In this document: in pieces, positions 38,489 through 46,865 of the stretch
Layout: the number at the start of each line of letters is the position of its first letter
Numbering within the stretch: the first letter of the stretch is position 1
Origin: a virus
Lineage: Duplodnaviria; Caudoviricetes
IMG/VR virus record: IMGVR_UViG_2816332320_000003
Location: 64,001 to 128,000 of that record
Direction: 5' to 3' (one strand)
DNA length: 64,000 bases
Program-made: the position numbers and the translations under genes
Notes under the pieces: model-generated
What the model was told of the DNA's origin: nothing
Seen by the model: only the letters and a program-made list of their open reading frames with translations
Databases searched by the model: none

Positions 38489-38548
38489 TATGGAGACCTC
38501 CATTTATGTATTTTTAACTTACAATAAAATAGTCATTTCATAAGAATA

Positions 38549-38743
38549 TTATCTGTACACCTGTAATTCCTCAATAAGAGAAAAACAATTAGTTTTATTT
38601 AATTTCTCTACACAGGATGGGTGAAGCTTCGGAAAATGCTTCTTAAATATAGTCTTTGCTTCTTCTCTTGTTTCTGCTTCAATTACTTCTGAATCCATTT
38701 GCATGCGATGAATGAAGTACTCAACAATATACAATTTTTTCAC
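38549..38743 (-). CDS. hypothetical protein
   Basis: 64-aa ORF in leftward run. Confidence 0.55.
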   Translation of the reverse strand: MKKLYIVEYFIHRMQMDSEVIEAETREEAKTIFKKHFPKLHPSCVEKLNKTNCFSLIEELQVYR

Positions 38744-38749
38744 TTTCCA

Positions 38750-38980
38750 TCACTCCACTATAAATTGATTTTTAACTAATAAAGTGTACTGTTCTTCTGT
38801 AAGCTGCGTATGTCTTGAAAAGCCTAGCCTGTCACTTATATAGTTGTAGATTGCTTCTCTTTCTTGATTTGTTGCATTTTCAAATGTTTTATAAGAATCA
38901 ATAACTTCGTAGATATTCACGCTATAACCTATCAGATTAGCTTTCCTGAATGCCTTTTCAAGTGCTTTATGCTTTTTCAC
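38750..38980 (-). CDS. hypothetical protein
   Basis: AGGTG RBS. Confidence 0.55.
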   Translation of the reverse strand: MKKHKALEKAFRKANLIGYSVNIYEVIDSYKTFENATNQEREAIYNYISDRLGFSRHTQLTEEQYTLLVKNQFIVE

Positions 38981-38988
38981 ATTATCAC

Positions 38989-39648
38989 CTACACATTAAT
39001 CTTCACTATTAATTTGCCCTTGATATTACTGATAGCATCCTGCATGAACTGTTTATCAAAAGACAGATATTTAGACTGTTTTACTGTCATATGTTGATCC
39101 TGCTTAACTACTCTCTTTGTGAGACTATCGACATCAATATCTAACCATCCATCATAGACAAGTAATGTATTTTTAGGAAGGATTCTATTACTGTACAAAG
39201 AGCGTTTACGTTTTGGCTTATGTATGATGTTCAATGACTCTCTATATTGTGCATATGGCTCAACTAGAACCCTTTCTACAACTGTATTGATTACAACTGG
39301 AAAACCAAAGTCAGAGAACTTGATGATGGTTACTTTTCTGCCGTGTGTAAGCTGCTCTGTAGCTTGTTGGAAATCGCTTTGTACATAGTGCATGTACTGT
39401 CGTAGCAAGGAAGCCATAGTTGCAAACAATTCTTTTTCTGCCTCTGTTATAATTTCATTGGTAATTTTGATATTTTTAACTTTCAATTCACCAAAGAACA
39501 AATCTTTAACTTGTACTTTTTGCTCATCGGTCATATTTTGATAAGCAACGCAATCTACTACTTTAAAGAATACTTCCCCTAGCATATCTGCCAGTTGATC
39601 AACTTTCTGGATGAGATTCATTTCTTCAAAAGTGATTGTGATAAGCAT
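38989..39648 (-). CDS. hypothetical protein, paralogous to C-terminus of the 32613-34469 protein
   Basis: SDFG...YAQY...KPKRKRSLY...LLVYDGW...SKYLSFD shared with the 618-aa protein. Confidence 0.7.
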   Translation of the reverse strand: MLITITFEEMNLIQKVDQLADMLGEVFFKVVDCVAYQNMTDEQKVQVKDLFFGELKVKNIKITNEIITEAEKELFATMASLLRQYMHYVQSDFQQATEQLTHGRKVTIIKFSDFGFPVVINTVVERVLVEPYAQYRESLNIIHKPKRKRSLYSNRILPKNTLLVYDGWLDIDVDSLTKRVVKQDQHMTVKQSKYLSFDKQFMQDAISNIKGKLIVKINV

Positions 39649-39923
39649 ATGTATACACTCCTTAGTATAGTATATTTTTAATTACTTAATGATCAATGTC
39701 CCAGTAACAACTAGACTCTTCAGAGCCAACAACCGTTGAATTTTTGACTTTGCTACAGCTAATTGTGTTTGAGACATTTTTCATTACCCCGCTTCGTTTG
39801 TTTTGTTACTCTTATTATAATTGAATATAAGTAAGTTATCAACCATTTTATCATATATTTTTATATTTATTTTTGAAATAAAAATAGACCTGATTTAATC
39901 AGATCATAGAGAAAATACATTTT

Positions 39924-40240
39924 CGTCCGAATAACGCAAGGCGTTATTCGGACGGTCGAGGAATACCGCGCTCTTTGCGGTATGGGCTGACAAGCCTTGT
40001 TTTAGGTTGGATGATTACTGAAGCTGCTTGCATGGAAAAAGTTGAACATATAGTTCCCTATAGCAAGGTAAGAAAAGTTGTCCGTTTTGATATGGTGTAT
40101 TAGTATATAGTATGTATAATAATATCCTATTCAAAATGGACAACTTTTAAATTTTAGTTATAAACCAATTTGATTTAGAAATTTGTCACCTTGGAGCCGT
40201 ATATAGTATTTATGTATTACAGCTTGAAGGTGACAAATTT
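39924..40240. repeat. cluster of inverted repeats (candidate origin or structured RNA)
   Basis: perfect 14-bp stem 39924-39954; 18-bp IR 40073/40131; 14-bp IR 40179/40227 with related AT-rich spacers. Confidence 0.7.
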
Positions 40241-40247
40241 TATATTT

Positions 40248-41390
40248 TTATATGTTAAACACTTTTGTTTTGATTCTTCGTACATTTTTTCTAAAGGAAC
40301 TTGGTGATTCCTTTGGTTCATCGTCTATTAGGTTGTCAATTAGCTCTTTATTGTCCTCAAGATATGTATCATCAACTCTTCTTAGATACCTATCTCTATT
40401 TTTTAGAGTTTCATCAGCTAACTTTTCTTTTGCTTTTTCAATACGAACTATATCATTTTGTCCCAATGTGCAAATAACTTTGTCGTTTAACGTTCTTTCT
40501 GTAGCTAGCCTAGTATCATCATTCAATGTTAATTTGGATAGTTCTAACTTTACCTCATTAATATGTTCTTCATTGAAAATAATTTTATATGAATCATAAT
40601 AGTAAACAATGTTGTATTGATCAAATAGAATCTGATCAACCCTTTCCCTAAACACTTCCCATTTACCTTTTCGAATAGCTACTGATTTATCTTCACAGTT
40701 TAGTTCCATAAGAATAAGACGTTCAGTATGTAAAATTGCTTTTACTTCTTTGTCAGTGGCTTCCCTATGTTCTTCGTAAGTTCTCATGATTGGGTTGTAT
40801 ACATTCGTCTTCTCTTCATAATGATTGTAAGTTGTTTCTTTGTGGAGCTTAACCTGTAGATTCTTATTAAACCGAGTTTCAACATTAGCAACACATACAG
40901 TTTTTGAAGGTGACCAAAAGACCAACGATTTATTACTTAGTCTATTTAAACCTCCTTCAATTGCCCGTTGTAATGTATTACTGGTCAACTCATAAAATTC
41001 ATAGATATTATCTTCTGGAATCTGTAGGTATTTTGATAACTTGCCTATGTTGTATCTACCAAAGTTGTAATTGTCATTAACCATATTTAACACTTTAAAT
41101 AGTTGACTCTTAGGAAGAAACACTCTCCCCTTTTTACTTACCAGTAGATTAAGAATAAGTTCTTCAATATAGTTTACCATTCCAAACCGTTTTGTTTCTT
41201 TTTCCTGAGGTACATTGTAGATATCCTCAATGATGAAACAATGACCAGCTTTGCTGTATTTAAAATGTAATTCAAATTCCGCTAACTGGATTTGTTTTGA
41301 CTTCCCTGTCTTAGTGCTGACTCCTAATAGCAAACACAACTCCTTATAATTCTTGACTGTTTCGCCAACTTTTAGCTTAGTTAAATCCAT
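40248..41390 (-). CDS. hypothetical DNA-binding protein (possible replication initiator)
   Basis: 380 aa; KNYKELCLLLG...GKSKQIQL N-terminus; ends at the inverted-repeat cluster. Confidence 0.5.
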   Translation of the reverse strand: MDLTKLKVGETVKNYKELCLLLGVSTKTGKSKQIQLAEFELHFKYSKAGHCFIIEDIYNVPQEKETKRFGMVNYIEELILNLLVSKKGRVFLPKSQLFKVLNMVNDNYNFGRYNIGKLSKYLQIPEDNIYEFYELTSNTLQRAIEGGLNRLSNKSLVFWSPSKTVCVANVETRFNKNLQVKLHKETTYNHYEEKTNVYNPIMRTYEEHREATDKEVKAILHTERLILMELNCEDKSVAIRKGKWEVFRERVDQILFDQYNIVYYYDSYKIIFNEEHINEVKLELSKLTLNDDTRLATERTLNDKVICTLGQNDIVRIEKAKEKLADETLKNRDRYLRRVDDTYLEDNKELIDNLIDDEPKESPSSFRKNVRRIKTKVFNI

Positions 41391-41391
41391 T

Positions 41392-42240
41392 CTATTCCGC
41401 CTCTAACCAGTTACTGAGTAAAGTTTCCATTCGTTTAGAAGGTATGTATATCTGTATTGTTTTTTCTATATCTGATACATCAACTATCCACTTTAGTAAA
41501 ATTGATAATGCATACTTGTCATCATCTATAATCGTCGTACCCTTGTATTGACTTTTTAAAAATCCATTAGGGAAACAATTTGCTGCAAAACATAAATAGT
41601 TTCGCTTATCTTCTTTGTATGTTTCACCATTCATTGGAACAAATGCTTTTGTGTTTCCTTTATAACATAGTTGCCTGTGATGCTGCATAAATGTCGTCCA
41701 TGCTCTCTCATTAGCTATTGAATCGGTTTTGTTTGTATAGTAGTTTCCTATGTTTAATTTTAATTGTATTACTTCATTTGGATTTTTAATAAACCAAGTT
41801 TTTGATAAGTCATATTTATTGCTCCCAAAGTTATACAGCTTTCCAGTTTTTTCTTGGATTACAATGTTCTTGACTAGTTTTGATTTTACATCATCATTTA
41901 TATTCTCACAGTATCTAATGTTCTCTTCAAATTCTTTAGGTACAGAAATAGACTTGTAACTAGTTGAACTTACAACATTATAAAGATTATCAAATAGTTC
42001 ACCATCTATATACTCCTGTTCTCTGTGCAATAAATTGTTTTTATTCTGGACAATTTCTAATAATGAAAATGAGAAATCAGAAATTCCATATTGGTTCCAA
42101 TCATTTTGTAGCTTATATGAATGATGAGTTTTATATCTTAGATTAGACAGATGTTGACCCCATCTCTTCATTACATCTTGAGCACTTCCTATATATTTTC
42201 TCCCATTTATATTATTTGTTATCTGGTAAATTCCCATCAT
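41392..42240 (-). CDS. GIY-YIG endonuclease-domain protein
   Basis: GIYQITN..NGRKYIGSA..V..RW..H...LQNDWN...REQEYID. Confidence 0.85.
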   Translation of the reverse strand: MMGIYQITNNINGRKYIGSAQDVMKRWGQHLSNLRYKTHHSYKLQNDWNQYGISDFSFSLLEIVQNKNNLLHREQEYIDGELFDNLYNVVSSTSYKSISVPKEFEENIRYCENINDDVKSKLVKNIVIQEKTGKLYNFGSNKYDLSKTWFIKNPNEVIQLKLNIGNYYTNKTDSIANERAWTTFMQHHRQLCYKGNTKAFVPMNGETYKEDKRNYLCFAANCFPNGFLKSQYKGTTIIDDDKYALSILLKWIVDVSDIEKTIQIYIPSKRMETLLSNWLEAE

Positions 42241-42366
42241 ACTCTGATAATTTTCCCCCTTCTGTGTTCATTAGTTCTATGGCTGCTGAACTCTTTCCTG
42301 ACCCTGTGATACTGTCAACAACTCGAATGATTGGTGATTGCATGTAGCTCCTCCTCTATTTGCAAT

Positions 42367-42531
42367 CTATTTTCTCTTTCGATGCCTAAAGAATCCAATA
42401 ACAGATATGATGATAGTTAGAATGCTTAATGTCACTAATGCTTTGATGAATAATCCAGTTAAAGTGATTAGATTCATTAGAACTAAAGAAGCTGTAATGA
42501 TAAGGAATACATATACTAGCTTTGTTCTCAT
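42367..42531 (-). CDS. small membrane protein, YoyJ-like position in type I TA locus
   Basis: 54 aa, two TM segments and basic tail; AAAGGAG RBS. Confidence 0.6.
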   Translation of the reverse strand: MRTKLVYVFLIITASLVLMNLITLTGLFIKALVTLSILTIIISVIGFFRHRKRK

Positions 42532-42605
42532 GTGGAATTCTCCTTTCTTGAGTATGTTTATGTGAATCAGTTGTAAAAGACTATGCGATTGCATATAATA
42601 AAATG

Positions 42606-42705
42606 TAAGGGAATAAGAGAGCCTATACCAGCACTCTCTTATTGTGAGAAGTTTTAGCGTTTGCGGTGTGTTTCCTTTCGTGGAGGAAATGCACCGTTTG
42701 TCGTT
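42606..42705 (+). ncRNA. candidate cis-antisense antitoxin RNA (SR6-like)
   Basis: plus-strand TTGTAA-N17-TATAAT at 42571-42599; 5' hairpin AATAAGAGAG/CTCTCTTATT; terminator stem 42663-42697 overlapping the toxin 3' end. Confidence 0.6.
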
Positions 42706-42836
42706 TCTGGGTGTGTACGCTTCTTCTCACGCTCCAATCTTCTAGCTCGTTTCTCGTTGTGTATGTATGTGGTTGTCGCTAGGAGAAAGGATGCAATGGG
42801 TAGAATGTAAGTAACAATGAAGTGTAAGATGTTCAA
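42654..42836 (-). CDS. type I toxin-like peptide (YonT-like: TM helix plus basic tail)
   Basis: LNILHFIVTYILPIASFLLATTTY followed by KRARRLEREKKR...RKR; GAGGTG RBS before TTG. Confidence 0.6.
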   Translation of the reverse strand: MNILHFIVTYILPIASFLLATTTYIHNEKRARRLEREKKRTHPETTNGAFPPRKETHRKR

Positions 42837-42970
42837 GTGTCTCACCTCGTTTCCCATCTCCCTTACAAGATTAATTATATCATATATTGAGTTTGTTTTT
42901 ATAGTATATTTTTAGATATTAAAACAAAAAAGCCCGTTATATTGGGCTTCGTACTACTATTATATGAATG

Positions 42971-43192
42971 CTATCCCACGTTCTCATTCTGGTCTTGAGT
43001 AGATTCAGGTTCATTTGCTACATATTGATCAATTACCTTCGATCCTTCCTCATCTACAAAATCCTGTTCGCAATGATTACAAACTAAATGCCTAACATTT
43101 GGGATAATATGAGTGGTTGATCCACGTTGATATGAAAAGGATTTATATATTGGCTCCAGTGTTCCAGTATTACAAATTGGGCATGTGCTCAT
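42971..43192 (-). CDS. YgiT/MqsA-type zinc-finger protein
   Basis: CPIC..G...IIPNVRHLVCNHCEQ. Confidence 0.75.
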   Translation of the reverse strand: MSTCPICNTGTLEPIYKSFSYQRGSTTHIIPNVRHLVCNHCEQDFVDEEGSKVIDQYVANEPESTQDQNENVG

Positions 43193-43331
43193 AGTATGCC
43201 TCCTTGAATATTGATTATAGACTGTATGACTTCTCTATATGATATGCCTATTCGTTGGTAATCATTATACGCTTATTATAATAGTGTGTAAAACGGGACT
43301 ACTGTTTATGCAATCCCGTTTATAGTTGATA

Positions 43332-43637
43332 TCAAGGTGGTGTTTCTTCGTCTTGCTTTCTTAATATTTTGTATGCTTCTGTAGTTGTTATTTTTAGTTT
43401 CATAGCCAGTGTTTCAGCTTTACGGTTGTAAGATGAAACGTATGTGACTGTGAATACTACAATCATTTCATTGTTATGTACTGTTGCTACCACTCGGATG
43501 ATACCATGAGTGTATACGCTACGTCCCTCTTTTGCTTCGACTACATGACCATTCTGAATAGTTGAAACTACATCATCATGTGTGATACAACGTTCAGCCA
43601 TTCGTTCGCGTACATGTTTCATGATTAACAATTGCAT
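43332..43637 (-). CDS. DUF4258-domain protein (RelE-like fold)
   Basis: KHVRERMAERCITHDDVVSTI..G...VFTVTY. Confidence 0.65.
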   Translation of the reverse strand: MQLLIMKHVRERMAERCITHDDVVSTIQNGHVVEAKEGRSVYTHGIIRVVATVHNNEMIVVFTVTYVSSYNRKAETLAMKLKITTTEAYKILRKQDEETPP

Positions 43638-43725
43638 AGGATCACCTCTTTAGTGAAACGGTTTATTTTAGGTTATGATTTATTATAGCATGAATATAGT
43701 ATGTTGTCTAATTTATTTTTAGATA

Positions 43726-44250
43726 TTATAATCTGATTAATGCTCTACACATTTGATTTATAGTTAGCTCTCCATTTGCAATCATACAATCAATATCGTC
43801 TAATTCTAGATCGCTCCATATACCTGCATCTACATAGTCTTTAAAGCAATCAATGAGATTAGATGTAGTAGGTTCACAGGTATATCCTGCTTTGTTTAAT
43901 GCTTTGGTGATAAGTCTTTGATTAGTGGTGTCTGTGTTAGTTGCAATAGCATCATCTGTAACAGATTCAATAGTATCAACTACCTCTTGAACATCTTCAA
44001 CCACTACAGATGTATCAGATACAAGCCCTATTGCCACTGCATTACCTTCTGATTGATGTTGATTAATTGACTTATACATTTGTTTAAGGAACATGGATAC
44101 TGTTTGATCACCATTGAGTTCAGGATACCAGCGTTCACCATTAGCAACAGTAATGCATCCAAAACGATCATTGTATTGCATAGATTTAAGGAATTCAGTC
44201 ATAGTCGATGCCTTAGTTACTTTCTTAGTGATGTACTCAATTGTTGTCAT
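43726..44250 (-). CDS. hypothetical early protein
   Basis: 174 aa, AAGGGAG RBS, operator-bearing promoter. Confidence 0.65.
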   Translation of the reverse strand: MTTIEYITKKVTKASTMTEFLKSMQYNDRFGCITVANGERWYPELNGDQTVSMFLKQMYKSINQHQSEGNAVAIGLVSDTSVVVEDVQEVVDTIESVTDDAIATNTDTTNQRLITKALNKAGYTCEPTTSNLIDCFKDYVDAGIWSDLELDDIDCMIANGELTINQMCRALIRL

Positions 44251-45003
44251 ATGTATCCGCTCCCTTAGTTATCTTATTGATTATATTATAACATACTTTT
44301 ATTTATTATTGTAGTTTATTTTTAGTTATTATGTGATTGTTGTTATACGTGCAATGGAGTGGTGACAATAGAGAGAAAGATAATAAGTGATGAGTAGTAT
44401 GCTGTACACATGTGTGCAATGTAATGATGTACTGTAGTGATTGAACATAAGTGTTCAATTGTCTGACAAATGTTACCCTAACGATATGCAACCATTTGGT
44501 GTCATGTTTAATTGCTCATGGATGTTGTTTTAAAAAAAGATAATAGATAGTTATGGTCGTCATATGTGATAGTTATCATCTTAGTATGTGTAAGCAGCAT
44601 AGATATATGAATAGATTAATGAAATTGCTTATAACCTATCTTATACGCAAGTAAATTGAGTGTCGTATCAGTGGGTAGGGGGGCAATTTACATTATGGAA
44701 CCCCTTTTACTTACCAAAAGTTAGTAAAGCACATCTAGGCACGGGCGTTGCTTATAAAACTTTACTACGATTATTTTGATGTAAAATTTACCCCAGAACC
44801 AATCGTGTGGCGTATCGTGTAAATGCACTTATACCAACAAAAAATTCACTGTCTCCCATCTGCTAAATTTGAATATTAATGATATTGTTTCAGCTACTTT
44901 ATCTCCTTTTGCTTGATATGTCTGCATTTTCACGATACACATGCTACATCGTAGACATTAAACTTTACGATGCACAAAAAAGAGACGGTATTATCCATCC
45001 CTT

Positions 45004-46719
45004 TTACATGATGCTATTTAGTTTTCTTTTCAATCCCTCGTAGTTTTCTTTGATATCTTCAGGAAAGATGAATAAGGTGAAAAAGTTCTCTAGATGATTG
45101 TATTTCTTGATCTTATCGTCCGTCTTTTCGATGTATGCAGCTACTCTACTGTTATAAACTTGTCTTGGGGTATACATTCCAAAATACTCCACTATCCAAC
45201 AACCGTTATCAGTAATAATGATCCAATCTGGGATCATTCCATTGATTTTTATAGTTTGCTTATTATTTCTAGAATTGTATATAACATTTGAAAAATGAAG
45301 ACATAAGAAGCTATGTATCTGCGATTCTTCTATCGAGTCGAAATTGTCTCTGTATTTATTGATGTTAAAGTCTGCCTCAATAAATTTATTTGGGTAACAT
45401 TCATTTACCCATTTGAATAAATTTCCATCATATGTATTCCTCAATATCTGATACATAACTTTCCTATCTCTACTCAAGTACCCTTTTGTTACGTATAGTG
45501 GTATTTTTTCAATCGGAATTCTCATGTCATTTTCAATTAGATGTTTGAAATCAAATGTTCTATTTTTTAATTTTTTATAATAATTTACCCCTCTCGTTTT
45601 GAACTGGTATCCAGCGAACTTAAAGTCATTGTACTGAACTGCAAAGTATAGCGTATCATTTTCTAAATTCTTTAACCTACTTTTTTTAAGTAGAGTTTCA
45701 TAATCTAAAGTTAGAGGGTTAGAAACATCTATTGAATTTTCATTAATATAGTTAGAAAACACCTTGTTAGCAATTTTATAAGTTAGTCTAATCTCTTTAA
45801 AACTAAAACTCTTATACTCCCAAGGATACAGATGATAGTCTTCTCCAAACAAATGCACATAAACTTCATGCAATGTAAGGATCTTTTTGATATCTAGATG
45901 TAATTCTTTAAATTTATTAAACGTTATATTATCTTTATTTATTATGCCTTTCTTGTATAAATGTTCAATAATGATCAACATATTATCTTTTGTTCTGATT
46001 TTTACTGGTAACTCCTTAATCCCCTTGTTTACATAGTTCTCATAGATTTTAGTTGGGTCTCCTAATAAGTAGGCGTCAACCAGTTCCACCTTTGACCCAC
46101 AATCATCATTGATTGACTTTTTAATTTTATTTAATTCTTTGTTTGTATGAGTAAATGAATATGATCTTCCTGAGCATATATGACATATATAGGCATAATT
46201 AGTGATCAACCTATGGTCTGGATTGAAAAAATCAGAAGTTAAAGGATAATATTTTGTACATTTACTACACATTTGAAACTGCACAGATTCCTTTTCTTTC
46301 ATAATTGTTTCAATTAGACTTATTGTATAGTTGTCATGCTTATGTAATTCATTTGCATTAATTGACTCTGTTATGAATTCATTGATTGGAAGCAGAGCTA
46401 ATCCCAAGTGTTTCATTAGCCTATTCTGCGATTTCCTTTGTTTTACACTCAATCTACGTAATTCCACATTCTCAAGGATCTTTTTTAGCCCTTCTGTGGA
46501 TATACAGTTTGTCTTATGGATTCCATGAACTCCAAAATTTACTTCAAACATTCTAATGTATAGATTGTACTTGTCTTTATTGTTTTTATTGACTATATTG
46601 CCCGTTCTCAATAAGATTTTTTCAGAAACAAAGCTGATAGGATAGTATGTTTCATTATTATAAACAATAACAGGCATCTCTATCTTGCCAATTTTTAAAT
46701 ACTGCTGTTGAATAATCAA
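45004..46719 (-). CDS. large protein with C-terminal PD-(D/E)xK nuclease domain (homing-endonuclease-like)
   Basis: CSKC..CHIC; YPWEY / YPNKF repeats; FDSIEE...IPDWII...IVEYFG. Confidence 0.6.
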   Translation of the reverse strand: MIIQQQYLKIGKIEMPVIVYNNETYYPISFVSEKILLRTGNIVNKNNKDKYNLYIRMFEVNFGVHGIHKTNCISTEGLKKILENVELRRLSVKQRKSQNRLMKHLGLALLPINEFITESINANELHKHDNYTISLIETIMKEKESVQFQMCSKCTKYYPLTSDFFNPDHRLITNYAYICHICSGRSYSFTHTNKELNKIKKSINDDCGSKVELVDAYLLGDPTKIYENYVNKGIKELPVKIRTKDNMLIIIEHLYKKGIINKDNITFNKFKELHLDIKKILTLHEVYVHLFGEDYHLYPWEYKSFSFKEIRLTYKIANKVFSNYINENSIDVSNPLTLDYETLLKKSRLKNLENDTLYFAVQYNDFKFAGYQFKTRGVNYYKKLKNRTFDFKHLIENDMRIPIEKIPLYVTKGYLSRDRKVMYQILRNTYDGNLFKWVNECYPNKFIEADFNINKYRDNFDSIEESQIHSFLCLHFSNVIYNSRNNKQTIKINGMIPDWIIITDNGCWIVEYFGMYTPRQVYNSRVAAYIEKTDDKIKKYNHLENFFTLFIFPEDIKENYEGLKRKLNSIM

Positions 46720-46865
46720 CCTCTCCTTTTATATTTGGAAAACACAAGAAGCTACACCTTAGTTATCGTGTAGAGAAATGCAGTCCTCACCTCCTGAATC
46801 AACAATATCATCAATAAGTTTTAATTACAATATTTTTATATATTAAAAAAAGATAACCAACAGCA

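Larger units (their letters stand above)
8464..38541. repeat. dispersed 18-bp palindrome WTVAAA-N6-TTTBAT at gene junctions (~35 copies)
   Basis: e.g. 8464 ATCAAA TTTCGA TTTTAT; 13447 ATGAAA ACGATA TTTTAT; 17627 ATCAAA ATCTTC TTTTAT; 22750 ATAAAA TCACAT TTTTAT; 34588 ATAAAA GGTAGA TTTTAT; 38524 ATAAAA TAGTCA TTTCAT. Confidence 0.85.

Noticed and set aside
6553-44314. Numerous plus-strand ORFs in the track (e.g. 6839-7120, 10083-10532, 15660-16019, 23854-24172, 40252-40599)
   Set aside because: Antisense shadows of well-supported minus-strand genes, with no RBS and atypical composition.
44306-44491. 61-aa ORF
   Set aside because: No RBS, overlaps the promoter/operator of the 43726-44250 gene; treated as non-coding.
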